64,000 bases of DNA, from contig OX337233.1 in the NCBI GenBank assembly GCA_946965045.2, positions 1 through 64,000 of the forward strand. Direction: 5' to 3'. The position numbers and the translations under genes were made by a program. How positions within the stretch are numbered: the first letter of the stretch is position 1; each line of letters opens with the position of its first letter. Below the pieces are notes generated by a model. The model searched no databases, was not told the DNA's origin, and saw only the letters and a list, made by a program, of their open reading frames with translations. The stretch comes from Epithemia pelagica. Its lineage: Eukaryota; Protista; Bacillariophyta. Shown one piece after another: positions 1 to 10,522 of this stretch.

Positions 1-696
1 ACCCTAACCCTAACCCTAACCCTAACCCTAACCCTAACCCTAACCCTAACCCTAACCCTAACCCTAACCCTAACCCTAACCCTAACCCTAACCCTAACCC
101 TAACCCTAACCCTAACCCTAACCCTAACCCTAACCCTAACCCTAACCCTAACCCTAACCCTAACCCTAACCCTAACCCTAACCCTAACCCTAACCCTAAC
201 CCTAACCCTAACCCTAACCCTAACCCTAACCCTAACCCTAACCCTAACCCTAACCCTAACCCTAACCCTAACCCTAACCCTAACCCTAACCCTAACCCTA
301 ACCCTAACCCTAACCCTAACCCTAACCCTAACCCTAACCCTAACCCTAACCCTAACCCTAACCCTAACCCTAACCCTAACCCTAACCCTAACCCTAACCC
401 TAACCCTAACCCTAACCCTAACCCTAACCCTAACCCTAACCCTAACCCTAACCCTAACCCTAACCCTAACCCTAACCCTAACCCTAACCCTAACCCTAAC
501 CCTAATCCTAACCCTAATCCTAACCCTAATCCTAACCCTAATCCTAACCCTAATCCTAACCCTAATCCTAACCCTAACCCTAATCCTAACCCTAATCCTA
601 ACCCTAATCCTAACCCTAATCCTAACCCTAATCCTAACCCTAATCCTACCCCTACCCCTAACACTAACCCTAACACTAACCCTAACCCTAACCCTA
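1..696 (+). repeat. Telomeric repeat array (CCCTAA)n; TTAGGG on the G strand
   Basis: Uninterrupted ACCCTA hexamers from base 1 to ~505. Variant units (TCCTAA, CCCTAC, CACTAA) follow to ~680, and unique sequence begins at ~697. Confidence 0.99.
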
Positions 697-1179
697 GCGT
701 TTATCCCTTGGAACATTGTCGCCATCTATTCAATACAGCCTATACGGTTTTTGATCGCTGGCGAACGTGTAGATGGAAAAGCACGCGCTTGGTGACTTAA
801 TACACGGCCTTGCAGAAGGTGTACCATACTAGCACTCTTATTCTATCCGTAATTTGATCCATCGGCACAATAGGCGTCCAACCTAAGTTCAACCATAGTT
901 GGTGATCCAACGGTCAAGTCGATTTATCGATGTTTAGATCCCAATTGATCTGACGAGTATCAGGCAACATTTTCCTTCTTATGGGTGGATGCAACTTACA
1001 TGTTGAACTGCATGTTGAAAATATGCAGCGCATCGAGTGTTCCGTTAGCAATCGTTTCATTGTTATGCTGGCAACATCCCTCATCATGTTGCCGTGACGA
1101 GGGACAACGATACGCAGCCCTGGCAATGCATTACCATTCGCGGAATGGACCGCGAAACAAGGAGCAAGTAGCTTCGTAA

Positions 1180-1232
1180 TCGAGTAGTAAATACACTACT
1201 CCGATAAAGTCGAGTAGTAAATACACTACTCC
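1180..1232. repeat. Two direct 23-bp copies of a hairpin motif TCGAGTAGTAAATACACTACTCC (period 30 bp)
   Basis: Copies at 1180-1202 and 1210-1232. Each contains the inverted pair GAGTAGT/ACTACTC. Confidence 0.9.
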
Positions 1233-1522
1233 CATATCTTCCTTTCTTTGTATGATACTCATTATTGACGTCATATCATTTTGAACCCTTTATTCTGGTA
1301 GATTTTGCCATTTGGAACATTTTGACTTATGATATTGTACACCGATTCCTTTGTTATCGCTTTCGTCCTCTCGTTTGAAAGTTCAACGATTGTCCTCATT
1401 TTTGTTGTCTGACTCCAAAGGTCCATGTTTGATTGCTGATTTCTTTCTCCCGAAGTACAATCAAGTGCCAACCTTCTCCATTCCGCTTCGTAACATTACA
1501 ACGAACTGGAATACAAAAGGCC

Positions 1523-4500
1523 ATGTCGTCAGCTCCTTCCGATTCCATTGAAGATACGCAAACGTCCACAAGCGCCTATTCGCAACCATTGCTTGACTCA
1601 TCAACCCAAGACAACGAATCAAGCCAAGTGTCATCAGTGCCTGCTCCAGTCCCTACCCAACGTTCACGACAACCACCACGACTCCGTTTCTCATATGCAA
1701 AGCGAAAGCTTTACGCACCGCATACATTTTTGCTTGATCCAACGTACACCGATAGGTTTCAGCAGTCGTTCCCTTCTCGCGACATGAGAACTCCGTTGGT
1801 TCTCGAAGGGCAGATTATCGCTTGTCCCACAACCAAAAATGGCCATATGTACGTGGTTTCATGGGACCAGCGTAATTTCCCCACGCTAAATCCTCAATGG
1901 GTGCGCCCCCAGTTCACTTCGTCGCCTTATATCAAGGAGAAGCTCCAGCAATTTATTGTGGACTTCGACAAAGCAACACTTGCACGGAAACATGAATCTC
2001 AGAGGAATAACGCAACCGCACATCCAGCGACAGTGACACAGACAGCCACTGCACCTCAACAACCTCTTGCAGAAGCAAGAACGACAACGAACAAACCCTC
2101 GACTACTGTAGAGCCTGATCGACGGGCAACAAGAACTACATCGCCTCTCCAGCAAGGTACCAACGAAAGAACAACGTCCGTCCCTAATACAATCGAGAGA
2201 GCACGACGACGGGCAGCACTCACCACTGCAACTGGAGAAGAGTCGTCACCAGCTATTTCAAACCTAACTGACGCTGTACCACCCGAGGCCAACAACGACA
2301 ACACTCCCCGCAACGACGACTCTCGACCAATCCGCCTTTTTGGCAGTGGTAGCACTACAGCACCGGCTCAACCTGTTGATGACGACAACAATGTTCCTCG
2401 CCGCAGCCGTCGCCATAATCAGGCCGAGTCATCTGATTCCTCCGACTCTGATGAGGACAATGGTGACGAGGATCTTGAACCCGATACACAGCAACCAAGA
2501 TCTGACAATCCACTTGATGAAGTTGCACAATCTGACACCGATGAGGCACAAGCAGAAGATGCACAAGAAGGAAATGAAGGAGCGAATGTGTCAGGTGCCA
2601 ACAATCAAACTTCAATCCGCCAATTGATGGATGCCTTGTCTTTTGCATACCACGAGATTTCCATGTCGACTCTTCCATCCAATTGGATTGGTAAGGAAGA
2701 TAACCACAAGTCCCTCTATAAAGGACCTGATGGACTTCGACCTGGGGTCTCTGATAACTTTTCAAATCCTTGGGAATGTTTTCAGTTTGTGGGTGGTCTA
2801 TCCAGTTCAACGATTGCGAGAATGGCAACGGCCACCAATATGTATTTTGACCAAAAGATAAAACCAAATCTTTTATCACGCCGTGGATACTACCATTCCC
2901 AACGATGGGAAAATGTCACAATAGAGGAAATGACAAGGTTCCTCGGAATAATTCTCATGATGTCTCTGCGGCCTGTCGACGGAGGAGGGTATGCCGCACA
3001 TTTTCAGACATCAAACCGGGTGTACAATGTTGGTGCTGGCCATCCGTTGGTAGAAATAAAAAACAGCACTGGTTGGGCTTCTCAATACATGAAGCTGGCC
3101 AGATTTCGTCAAATAAGGGGCGCCTTCCATTTGGAGGAAGAGTCTAGCAGACGTGGTGGCGACAAGTGCCACCAGCTACGGAAGTTCATCACATCAATGA
3201 ACGCGGCGTCGCGAAGAAGCTTCTATGTGCCGAAAGACTTGGCATTTGATGAGGGTGGGATTGGTTGTCGGTCTAGGTATTGTCCGGCTCGACAATACAA
3301 TAAAGACAAACCACAGAAGTTCAGAGTGGATTTCTTTATCCTCTCGTCTTCTTCAACCTACGCAATCCTACACCTCGACGTATATCAAGGGGCCAACGCC
3401 ACTAATTCTTATATACACCAACAAGCATTGAATCTCCCAACTACAATGAAAGCGGTAGTCAATGCATGCTACCAGCTTGAGATGCATAAGCTGACGGACG
3501 GGTATCGGCATGTCTCGATGGATAACCGGTACTGTTCTCCGAAGCTCGCTGTGATTCTCCGTGACCGACTGAGAATCTTTTCCACTGGTACATGCCGTGC
3601 CAATAGAGTCGGTTGGGACAAGAACAAGTTGAATCTAAAGAAAGGATCGGACAATCGGGGTGCAGTACTTTTGTACCACGATGCTGTAAACGGTCTAGTG
3701 TTGGGTCAATGGGTGGATTCAAAAACAGTCAACTTTGTGTCTTCGTTTGAAGACTCTGGAAGCGGCACTGTACTACGTCAAGTAGGAAGTGAGAAACGTG
3801 AACTTACTTGTCCCGTACCCTTGATCCGGTACCAAAATAACATGGGTGGAGTAGACAATGGCGACCAAATGCGGTTCCAGTTTGGTGGGTTTGCCAACGT
3901 CACCCATTTCAAGAAATGGTATAAAAAAGCAGGCTTGGCGATTCTCGACTGTATGCTATTGAACAGTTATATAGCATGGAATTTGTCTGCTGGTGACCGG
4001 CTGAGGTCATGACGGAGAAAGCTTTCTCGCTACGGGTTCTACACCATCGTCGCCCAGATGATCTGTAGTTATAGAACCCCCCAAGAAGTGGATCCATTGG
4101 CGCGCCGAACAACCAACACCAAACGTCCTGCTCCTTGTGCACGTGATCATTATCCAGTTGCAATCGAGGACAAGAAGCAAGTGGCCTGTGCAGTATGTCT
4201 TTTGGAGTATCGGTGGAAAAAGATACTAAGAAAATGGCTGGGGTCTACAAAAATGTCGAAAGATGCGCCAAGTGTGGGATTTGTGCACACCTTGTTGGTT
4301 GTCAGAGTCGAGCCGCTGAAGGGTGGAAGATCCATTCTCTACCTCAATTCAAGACTATGACATGCTTTGAGATCGTTCACTGCAGTGAAGGCCAAGAAAT
4401 CTTTGTAGCTGCGGAAGAGGGAGCTAGGTACACATACACGGTGCGAAAAAACCACAAGACTGTTGCCAAACTACGAGAGGACCATGGTCTGCATCCAAGT

Positions 4501-4689
4501 CATAGTCGGAAAAGGTCAGCTGTTGAGTTCTGTATGCAACGACAACAAATAAGACAACGCGCAGACGAAGTAGGAGATGATGCAGATGAAGTAGGAGACG
4601 ATGATAATGCAGACGAGATGGAAGATGTTGTCGAGGACAACAGCAACTCAGAGAACAACTCAGATGTGGAAGACACAGAAGAAGTCTAG
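1523..4689 (+). pseudogene. piggyBac-like (DDD) transposase, disrupted by one nonsense codon and one frameshift
   Basis: The catalytic-type motifs LAFDEG..RQYNKDKPQKF, SMDNRYCS and MGGVDNGDQ are in ORF 1433-4012. After TGA 4010-4012 the same frame continues (RRKLSRYGFYTIVAQM...ACAVC). The Cys-rich tail (CAKCGICAH...CFEIVH) lies in another frame, entered near the A5 run 4217-4221. First ATG at 1523. Confidence 0.88.
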
Positions 4690-4758
4690 CGCAAGATATG
4701 GAAGAATAGAGTATCTTTGCATATAATACTAAATAGTGAATGAATCTGTTTATTATAA

Positions 4759-5423
4759 CTACTCCATAGTGTCGTCAGAGTTCTGGATAAATCCTACGTA
4801 CGGTTCGTTGTTGTCTTCATTGGGAAAGTTCTGACGGATGAATTCGACCAAACAAGCAGGGAGTTCAACTCTATTTCTACGGCCAAGAGTACCATGAAGT
4901 TTGTTAGACAGGCGGCGATAAAGCTTGTACCGGATCGTACGGTTGGGCTCTCCTTGCGCCTTCAAGTGAGTAGCAATCTCGTGGAGGTAGGGGAGATGCT
5001 GAAAGATCTCACAGGGGTTCTTCTGACAGGTGCCACAAACATTCTCCCAGTAGTAGCCTTCAGTCGTAGACCGCAGTGAGTTCTGGTTTAACTCGAATAG
5101 AATGCGTTCGATACTCTCTACGCAAGCAGATTCGATAGGCATGTATCGCGTCTCTGTACACTCCGTAGTTTCGTGGATAACTTCTCCATCCTCGCCAGTA
5201 ACCATTACTTTTGACTTCTGTAACGTAAATGGAACGAACATTCCACTACGGGTCGGATCATCGTCGTTGGGGAGAGTAGCATTGGCGATCTCAATGGACT
5301 CGACGAGATCTGTAAAGCAAAAGAAAAATGAGGTGAGGTGTAAGGAGACAAAAGCAAACGAAACAATGAATTGATCTTGGATCAAGACAGAATCTCACCT
5401 TCCAAGGGGTTACTATCACTCAT
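4759..5423 (-). CDS. Two-exon gene with a P2X7 C-terminal 'ballast'/nanor-like motif
   Basis: Exon 1 is 5423-5399 (ATG AGT GAT...GAA G). An 89-nt intron 5398-5310 (GTGAGA...TTTACAG) joins it in frame to exon 2 at 5309-4759. The C-terminus reads RYKLYRR...GTLGRRNRVELPACLVEFIRQNFP...YVGF, preceded by CGTCQKNPC. Confidence 0.75.
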
Positions 5424-5592
5424 GTTGATGTTCGTTTACCTTTATATTGTAAAATCGAAACAAAGACAATGCATTGGTACCTTGCAATGAATGGGCGGAC
5501 CTCTATCGTGATGATTGCAACGCAGATGATAGTGCGACCGACCGAAACCGGACCGTTTTCAAACCCTGTTAAGGCCGGAGCATTAAATTCGA

Positions 5593-5635
5593 GCATTTTT
5601 ACTACTCCGATAATATTTATCCGAGTAGTAAATGC
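5593..5635. repeat. Imperfect palindrome containing the same ACTACTCCGATA / CGAGTAGTAAAT motifs as 1180-1232
   Basis: GCATTTTTACTACTCCGATAATATTTATCCGAGTAGTAAATGC. Confidence 0.75.
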
Positions 5636-6659
5636 AATGCTCCAAATCCCTTAAAACGTGTTCCTTACGAATGGCGTTAATATAGTTGTTAATAAGAACA
5701 ATTACAGATCCCAGATGACATCTGCCCATATACTTTGATTTAGATCCATATCCCGTCTATTAGACTATATTTATTGGGTACTAAGTGTCTAGCGAATTAT
5801 CTTATATGTATTTATCCGAATCACACCAGGAATTGCGAACCACACCCTGAACCACACCCGCATCGCACTCCTAAGTTAAGAAGGGACCGCCGGACGCACG
5901 AAGAGGACACAAACTTCTCGTCCACGTGTGGGAAGTTTGCCTGAGCTGGAAGGTGGAGATTTTCACCCACCAAGGACTGCGCAATCACAAGAAATTGGAA
6001 AAGGAAGCCACCATTGGACCAGTTCCTGATCCGTCCATGGACAGTGGTTCCGCTTCTTTTCCTTTCTTCTTTTTGCGCCCCGTTGGTGTGCCACCCACCT
6101 TCTGTTTGTCAGGGCTGGGCCTCCGATCCCTCCCTTTCTGTGGGGCCAACGGGGCGTTGCTGTGTATTGACCGGTGGGGGTGTGCGCCGTCATCCTTTCT
6201 GTGTAGCCCTCCTATTGGGCCGGTCATTCGGATGGCTAAAGTTGTCGGCGTATCGCGAGGTCTTTTGATTGACACTGCTGCAACATCCTTGATGCTGAAG
6301 GGTCCATAATTCAGCATGGGATGCTTGCAGGTGACACTTTGCGATGTGTTGCCTAATGCTTTGGGCCTATTTGTGAAAGGGCATGCCCATGCCTGGGGGA
6401 TTGCTGTCCCCATACTAGTGTGGGTTTCTGGAATTGTTGGAATCGGTCTGGTTGGATGGTACACCACGTTGGAACAAGGATCTTGTGCAACCCTGCAGGG
6501 AAATTGCTTCGGGAAGTCACAGTTTCTGGCTGCCTGACTCTTGTACCCTTCTGTATTTGAAGGTATGTGGCGAAGGGTTGCCCAGGAGCCGAATGAAAAG
6601 GGGATTTTCAAGCAGACCTTTAATGGATACAAGGCAAGAACCGGAGTGGTTTGAATGGA

Positions 6660-7110
6660 TATGGAGAAGTGCTGGTGGCAGTTCTATAGTTTCAAGAGTA
6701 CACTGCACAAGTGGTTACGATGATTGAGACTATCCCTAATCTAGGGCTGTTGCGACATCAGCTCATGGAAAGTTGAAGAATGATGGAAGGGAGGGCTCTT
6801 GTTGGACTCAAGATGACAACATGGTGGTTTGGATGGACGAGGAGAAGTGCTGGTGGCAGCCCCATAGTTTCAAGAGTACACGGCGCATTTGGTTACAATG
6901 ATTGAAACTATCCCTAATCTAGGGCTGTTGCGACATCGGCTCATGGAAAGTTGAAGAATGATGGCTCTTGTTGGTCTCAAGATGACAATCATGGTGGTTT
7001 GGATGGACGAGGAGAAGTGCTGGTGGCAGCCCCATAGTTTCAAGAGTACACTGCACACATGGGTACTATGATTGAAACTATCTCTAATTTAGGGCTGTTG
7101 CGACATCGGC
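6660..7110. repeat. ~170-178-bp tandem repeat, about 2.6 copies
   Basis: GGAGAAGTGCTGGTGGCAG recurs at 6663, 6841 and 7011, each followed by ...TTTCAAGAGTACAC...ACTATCCCTAATCTAGGGCTGTTGCGACATC. The third copy has TCTCTAATTTAGGG. Confidence 0.9.
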
Positions 7111-7726
7111 ACATTGAAAATTGGAGAATGGTTGAAGGTACAGCATGTGGTCTGGTTTCAAGTCTTGAGTACAAGAAAGAGGAATCAGGTCAGTTCAGAG
7201 CGGATGGCAGGAGAAGGACACTTTGTTAGAGGATGGTATACTTTGGAAGCCAGTGAAGATGGTTTGGATAGTCTCCTCATGGTGCGTGAACAATGTTGAG
7301 GAACTTCAAACTGATCACACGGATCTTTATACCGGCAACCTGCTGTCATAGCAGCGGTACAAGTACATTGGCTGAACAGGAAAAGGAATGATGCAGTGAA
7401 AAAATGAAGATGCACGAAAGACCGAACAGGGGGGAGTCACGACAAGTCATGCTGTGGGTTAACCTTACATGGCTGTCCTGATCGCTTGCTATTGTCAGCT
7501 TGCCTGTGGATAGCATGAGACCGACCAGACATTGGAATTTGGGGTTGGCAGCCTCATGTTCTGATGGCGAATCACTTGTGAAGATATTTCAGGGTGGTTC
7601 GGTTCTGTCCCTACAGGGCGGAATCTGGCATTCGGACTCTCATGTCTTGAAGCACACTTGTCCACAATAGACATGGTCACATGGGTTTCGGAGCCTATGA
7701 GCCATGGAGCGAGTCTAGAACCTTAA

Positions 7727-7742
7727 CCCCCCCCCCCCCCCC
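7727..7742. repeat. Poly(C) tract (C16)
   Basis: Homopolymer run seen directly. Confidence 0.9.
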
Positions 7743-7997
7743 AGAGTTTTGGTGTAAGTGTAAAGTGTAGTTTAGAGTGATGAAGATTGTGTGAAGAAAA
7801 GGAGTCGAGCTTGGGCATTCAAGCAAACTGGCAAAACGTTTGTCCCGCATGAGGAGGAAATAGTACCTGAACCACACCTTTTTAGATCTCCCCCTATAAA
7901 GAAGACTCTAGCAAGATGAACATACTCAACGACAACTTTCATCGCAACAAGCTAGAAATCGTACCTTGGCTTTCGATTCGCAACAGGAGGTCAAGTG

Positions 7998-8305
<308 letters not shown>

Positions 8306-8496
8306 GAGCACTAGGACGATGGTATGCTTCCTCATCCACATGTCTTTCGTGGAACAAAAATCCTCCTCCAGTATTGACCGACTATTAGTGGATCAGTATC
8401 AACCCCAACAGCAAGACCACGCAAATCTCTTTGTGTTGTGGCACCGCATGGCAGTCTGGTCGCCAATTATGTGGACCCTTTCTCGACATGATACCA

Positions 8497-8764
8497 TATC
8501 AGCGTTCATGCGCCTCTTCCATTCACTCCCACACATGCAACAAAATATCGACCTCGCACTACACCCAACTTAGCTCCTAGTCATAATTTGAGAAGTAACA
8601 AAACTTGCACTACAGTTTACATTCGTCCCTAGCAGAATCTTACGAACTGCAAACCGGAACTTTTCCGAATGACCATGGGAACCTCCCTCAACGGAACGGC
8701 CGCCTCATTCGGACATTCTACGAACAACTCGTCGGGTGGAACAGAAAACTCCTTCACAATGAGA
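8497..8764 (+). repeat. Copia-1 5' LTR (TATCA...TGAGA)
   Basis: Direct repeat of 15283-15550. Confidence 0.96.
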
Positions 8765-10522
8765 GGTTATGAGCCCAAGCGGTTCCACTGGGTTGTAACA
8801 GTATTCACCTTACTGATGACCGTTTACTTACCGACAAGAATTGTTTTACTTAACGATTCATTCGTGGTACAACAAATTTCAGTTGTGCCCCCTACACGAA
8901 TCCGAACCCTGATGCGACCGACATTCGGCAACTGGGAGTCAACATTGCAGTTGGAGACTTGGTCTACCAACCAGAACACTCCGTTACTGGGCCCAACACA
9001 ACTTGGAGCACGGGAACTAACACTCACTTTTTGGTCCAAACCAAAACAGACTCAAACTTACCGCTTACCTTTGCTGTTGAGTTCCTTGCCTTTGCCTACT
9101 ATCTTTGAGACCATGAAGATCCCTACTCCTGTTTCAACGCCCAAGAAGACCTCTGGAGTCGGTTCCCTTTCAGCCGATACTCAGATGAATGGTATCACTC
9201 TGACTGCCGCCAAGAGTCGTACTTTTGAACTCGGAGCTTTCGCCGACACGGTCTCTCCAGCCTATCGCAGTTCCTTATCCGGGAAGACCCTGTTTGACTT
9301 TCGTAATGAAGCCGTTGTTGGACTTACTCCTCCCTTCAGTTTCACCTGGGCCGTTGTCAGTACGACCGATGACAAGTCCTTTTTCGACGACAACAACAAG
9401 ATTATGATGCAACTTTATACACTCGAGACACGTCTTACGACGTACTGCATGCATTCGGTGTTTGATATCCTTCCTGTTGATGAAGAAACCGGCATTTTAG
9501 ACTCGTCAGGTGCTACTTTGAGCTTACTCGACCATGCTTGTTCGCTCTCTGAGGCTCAAGTCCGCTTGAGCAACCAGATCTATGCCGAACGCACCACCGA
9601 CAGTCTGCACCCGCAGAATCTGTCTTGGACTCAGGACTTGTTGCTTGCCTCCTGCGATGGGACTCTTCGTGCCGATCTTGAAAATCGCTTGGTCACGATC
9701 CCTGACAACGAGCAGGGTGGGCCCTTGGTTCTTCATATGATCCTCACGCAACTCATGACGACAACTACCGACGCCGCTCGTGGTATTGTCCGCCGATTGG
9801 AGAAACACAGTGTCACTGCCTATCCTGGTGAAAACATAAATCAGTTTTGCTCTACGTTTAACAATGTGGTTCTACGTTTGAACTTAAGTGGACATGTCCC
9901 GGCCGACATTTGCAGTATCTTCGTCGAACGACTTCTCACTTGCACGGTTCCAAAGTTTCTCAGCATGATGGACTATTTGGAGAATCATGACGACCCCATC
10001 CTTCAAGACTTTTTCGGATTACGCGAACGTGTCGTGGCAAAATACCATTCTCTTTTGTTGTCCGAGAAATGGCTTCCGACCGTCAAGACCGATACCTCCG
10101 CTTTTCCTGCTCTCACTGAGACCAAGAAAGCTGCTCCGGTTGGAACCCCCAAGTCCAACAATGGTCGTCGTCCACCTTTACCGATCGACACTACTCCTCC
10201 TGGTCCTGGTGAGGCCAACTCCAAGCCTCATCCGACGAATCCCAAGCGCAAATTGTGGTGGTGTGCCTTGTGTCCGAATGGTACTCCAAACGGCATCGGC
10301 CGTTGGGGTAACCACAGCACAGACCGTCATGACCCCACCAAGGTGAATTCCAGCCGCTCTCCTGCAGCCACACCCTCTGACACGGCTGCCATTGCGAACA
10401 CTACGGACTCTCCTTCAGCCACCGACACCCCTTTGACTGACAGTGCCACTGCTACACCGACTGCTGCACCACCCCAGACTTACGCCAATGTTGCCCTTAC
10501 CTCCTTGCGGGATTTTCGCTAG
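8669..10522 (+). CDS. gag: Copia-1 Gag (true start uncertain, possibly ATG 9114)
   Basis: 617-codon ORF with the zinc knuckle WWCALC...RWGNHSTDRH near its C-terminus. It lies upstream of pol. Confidence 0.85.
   Translation: MTMGTSLNGTAASFGHSTNNSSGGTENSFTMRGYEPKRFHWVVTVFTLLMTVYLPTRIVLLNDSFVVQQISVVPPTRIRTLMRPTFGNWESTLQLETWSTNQNTPLLGPTQLGARELTLTFWSKPKQTQTYRLPLLLSSLPLPTIFETMKIPTPVSTPKKTSGVGSLSADTQMNGITLTAAKSRTFELGAFADTVSPAYRSSLSGKTLFDFRNEAVVGLTPPFSFTWAVVSTTDDKSFFDDNNKIMMQLYTLETRLTTYCMHSVFDILPVDEETGILDSSGATLSLLDHACSLSEAQVRLSNQIYAERTTDSLHPQNLSWTQDLLLASCDGTLRADLENRLVTIPDNEQGGPLVLHMILTQLMTTTTDAARGIVRRLEKHSVTAYPGENINQFCSTFNNVVLRLNLSGHVPADICSIFVERLLTCTVPKFLSMMDYLENHDDPILQDFFGLRERVVAKYHSLLLSEKWLPTVKTDTSAFPALTETKKAAPVGTPKSNNGRRPPLPIDTTPPGPGEANSKPHPTNPKRKLWWCALCPNGTPNGIGRWGNHSTDRHDPTKVNSSRSPAATPSDTAAIANTTDSPSATDTPLTDSATATPTAAPPQTYANVALTSLRDFR
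8765..8776 (+). promoter_or_regulatory. Copia-1 primer-binding site complementary to the anticodon arm of initiator tRNA-Met (half-tRNA priming)
   Basis: GGTTATGAGCCC directly abuts the 5' LTR. It is the same type of PBS as yeast Ty5 and Drosophila copia. Confidence 0.88.

Noticed and set aside
797-815. TTAATACACGGCCTTGCAG as the left TIR pairing with 5567-5586
   Set aside because: Only a short gapped match (AAGGCCG plus ATTAA), which could be chance.
5985-6632. 215-aa minus-strand ORF with a basic C-terminus
   Set aside because: No recognisable motif, a non-ATG start, and it runs into degenerate repeats; it cannot be supported as a gene.
6660-7110. Repeat array as a possible CRISPR
   Set aside because: The units are ~175 bp with no unique spacers, there are no cas genes, and the context is eukaryotic.
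7723-7742. TTAA followed by a C-run, as a piggyBac left end
   Set aside because: No matching GGG-TTAA right end or associated transposase was found; it is a simple homopolymer.
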